Assembly (NCBI GenBank): GCA_039621445.1
Contig: CP154954.1
Location: 4,888,950 to 4,937,277, forward strand
Reading direction: 5' to 3'
From: Euglena gracilis
Taxonomy: Eukaryota
DNA: 48,328 bases
Below the pieces are notes generated by a model. The model was not told the DNA's origin, did not search any database, and worked only from the letters and a program-made list of their open reading frames with translations. The position numbers and the translations under genes are program-made. Shown here in pieces: positions 1 to 48,328 of the stretch (positions within the stretch are counted from its first letter, which is position 1; each line of letters begins with the position of its first letter).

Positions 1-249
1 TAAACACAGTATTAGACTTAGAAAAGAGACGTGTGATCAACAAAAAAACGTCAAAAGGCCATAAAAAACCACATGAATCTACAAAACCAACCTCGGGGGG
101 GGGGGGTTGGCGACTCGGTGATCCAGGGGAAATTGAAAGATTCCCGGCATGGATCAACATTGTGTGGCATCCAATGTGGCAATGGCATAATACACAAGTG
201 GACAGTTGAAGAGACAGTGTCCAAAGTCTGGGGAAAACAACACCGCCAC

Positions 250-48328
<48,079 letters not shown>

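Overview
Eukaryotic nuclear DNA, most likely a euglenid (Euglena-like). This is inferred from the mix of GT-AG introns and euglenid-type nonconventional introns (N3-CAG...CTG-N5, base-paired ends). About 60 short GC-rich exons on the minus strand span the whole window, with no start or stop identified, so they may form one giant gene or several. They encode a helical protein with ~8 IQ-like motifs, a B-box-like zinc finger and many E-x2-AR-x2-(I/L/V)-x2-EE-type repeats. The introns hold microsatellites, several MITE families and a 4.9-kb TIR element. Main observation: several nonconventional introns are recognisable hAT-like MITE insertions into coding sequence with 8-bp target-site duplications (TSDs). 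The intron rule '3 nt + CAG ... CTG + 5 nt' removes exactly the element plus one 8-bp TSD and restores the reading frame. The window shows a series from young to decayed examples, consistent with an introner-like intron-gain system. All splice junctions were inferred by eye from reading-frame continuity, without transcript data, and homopolymer lengths in this assembly may be unreliable.
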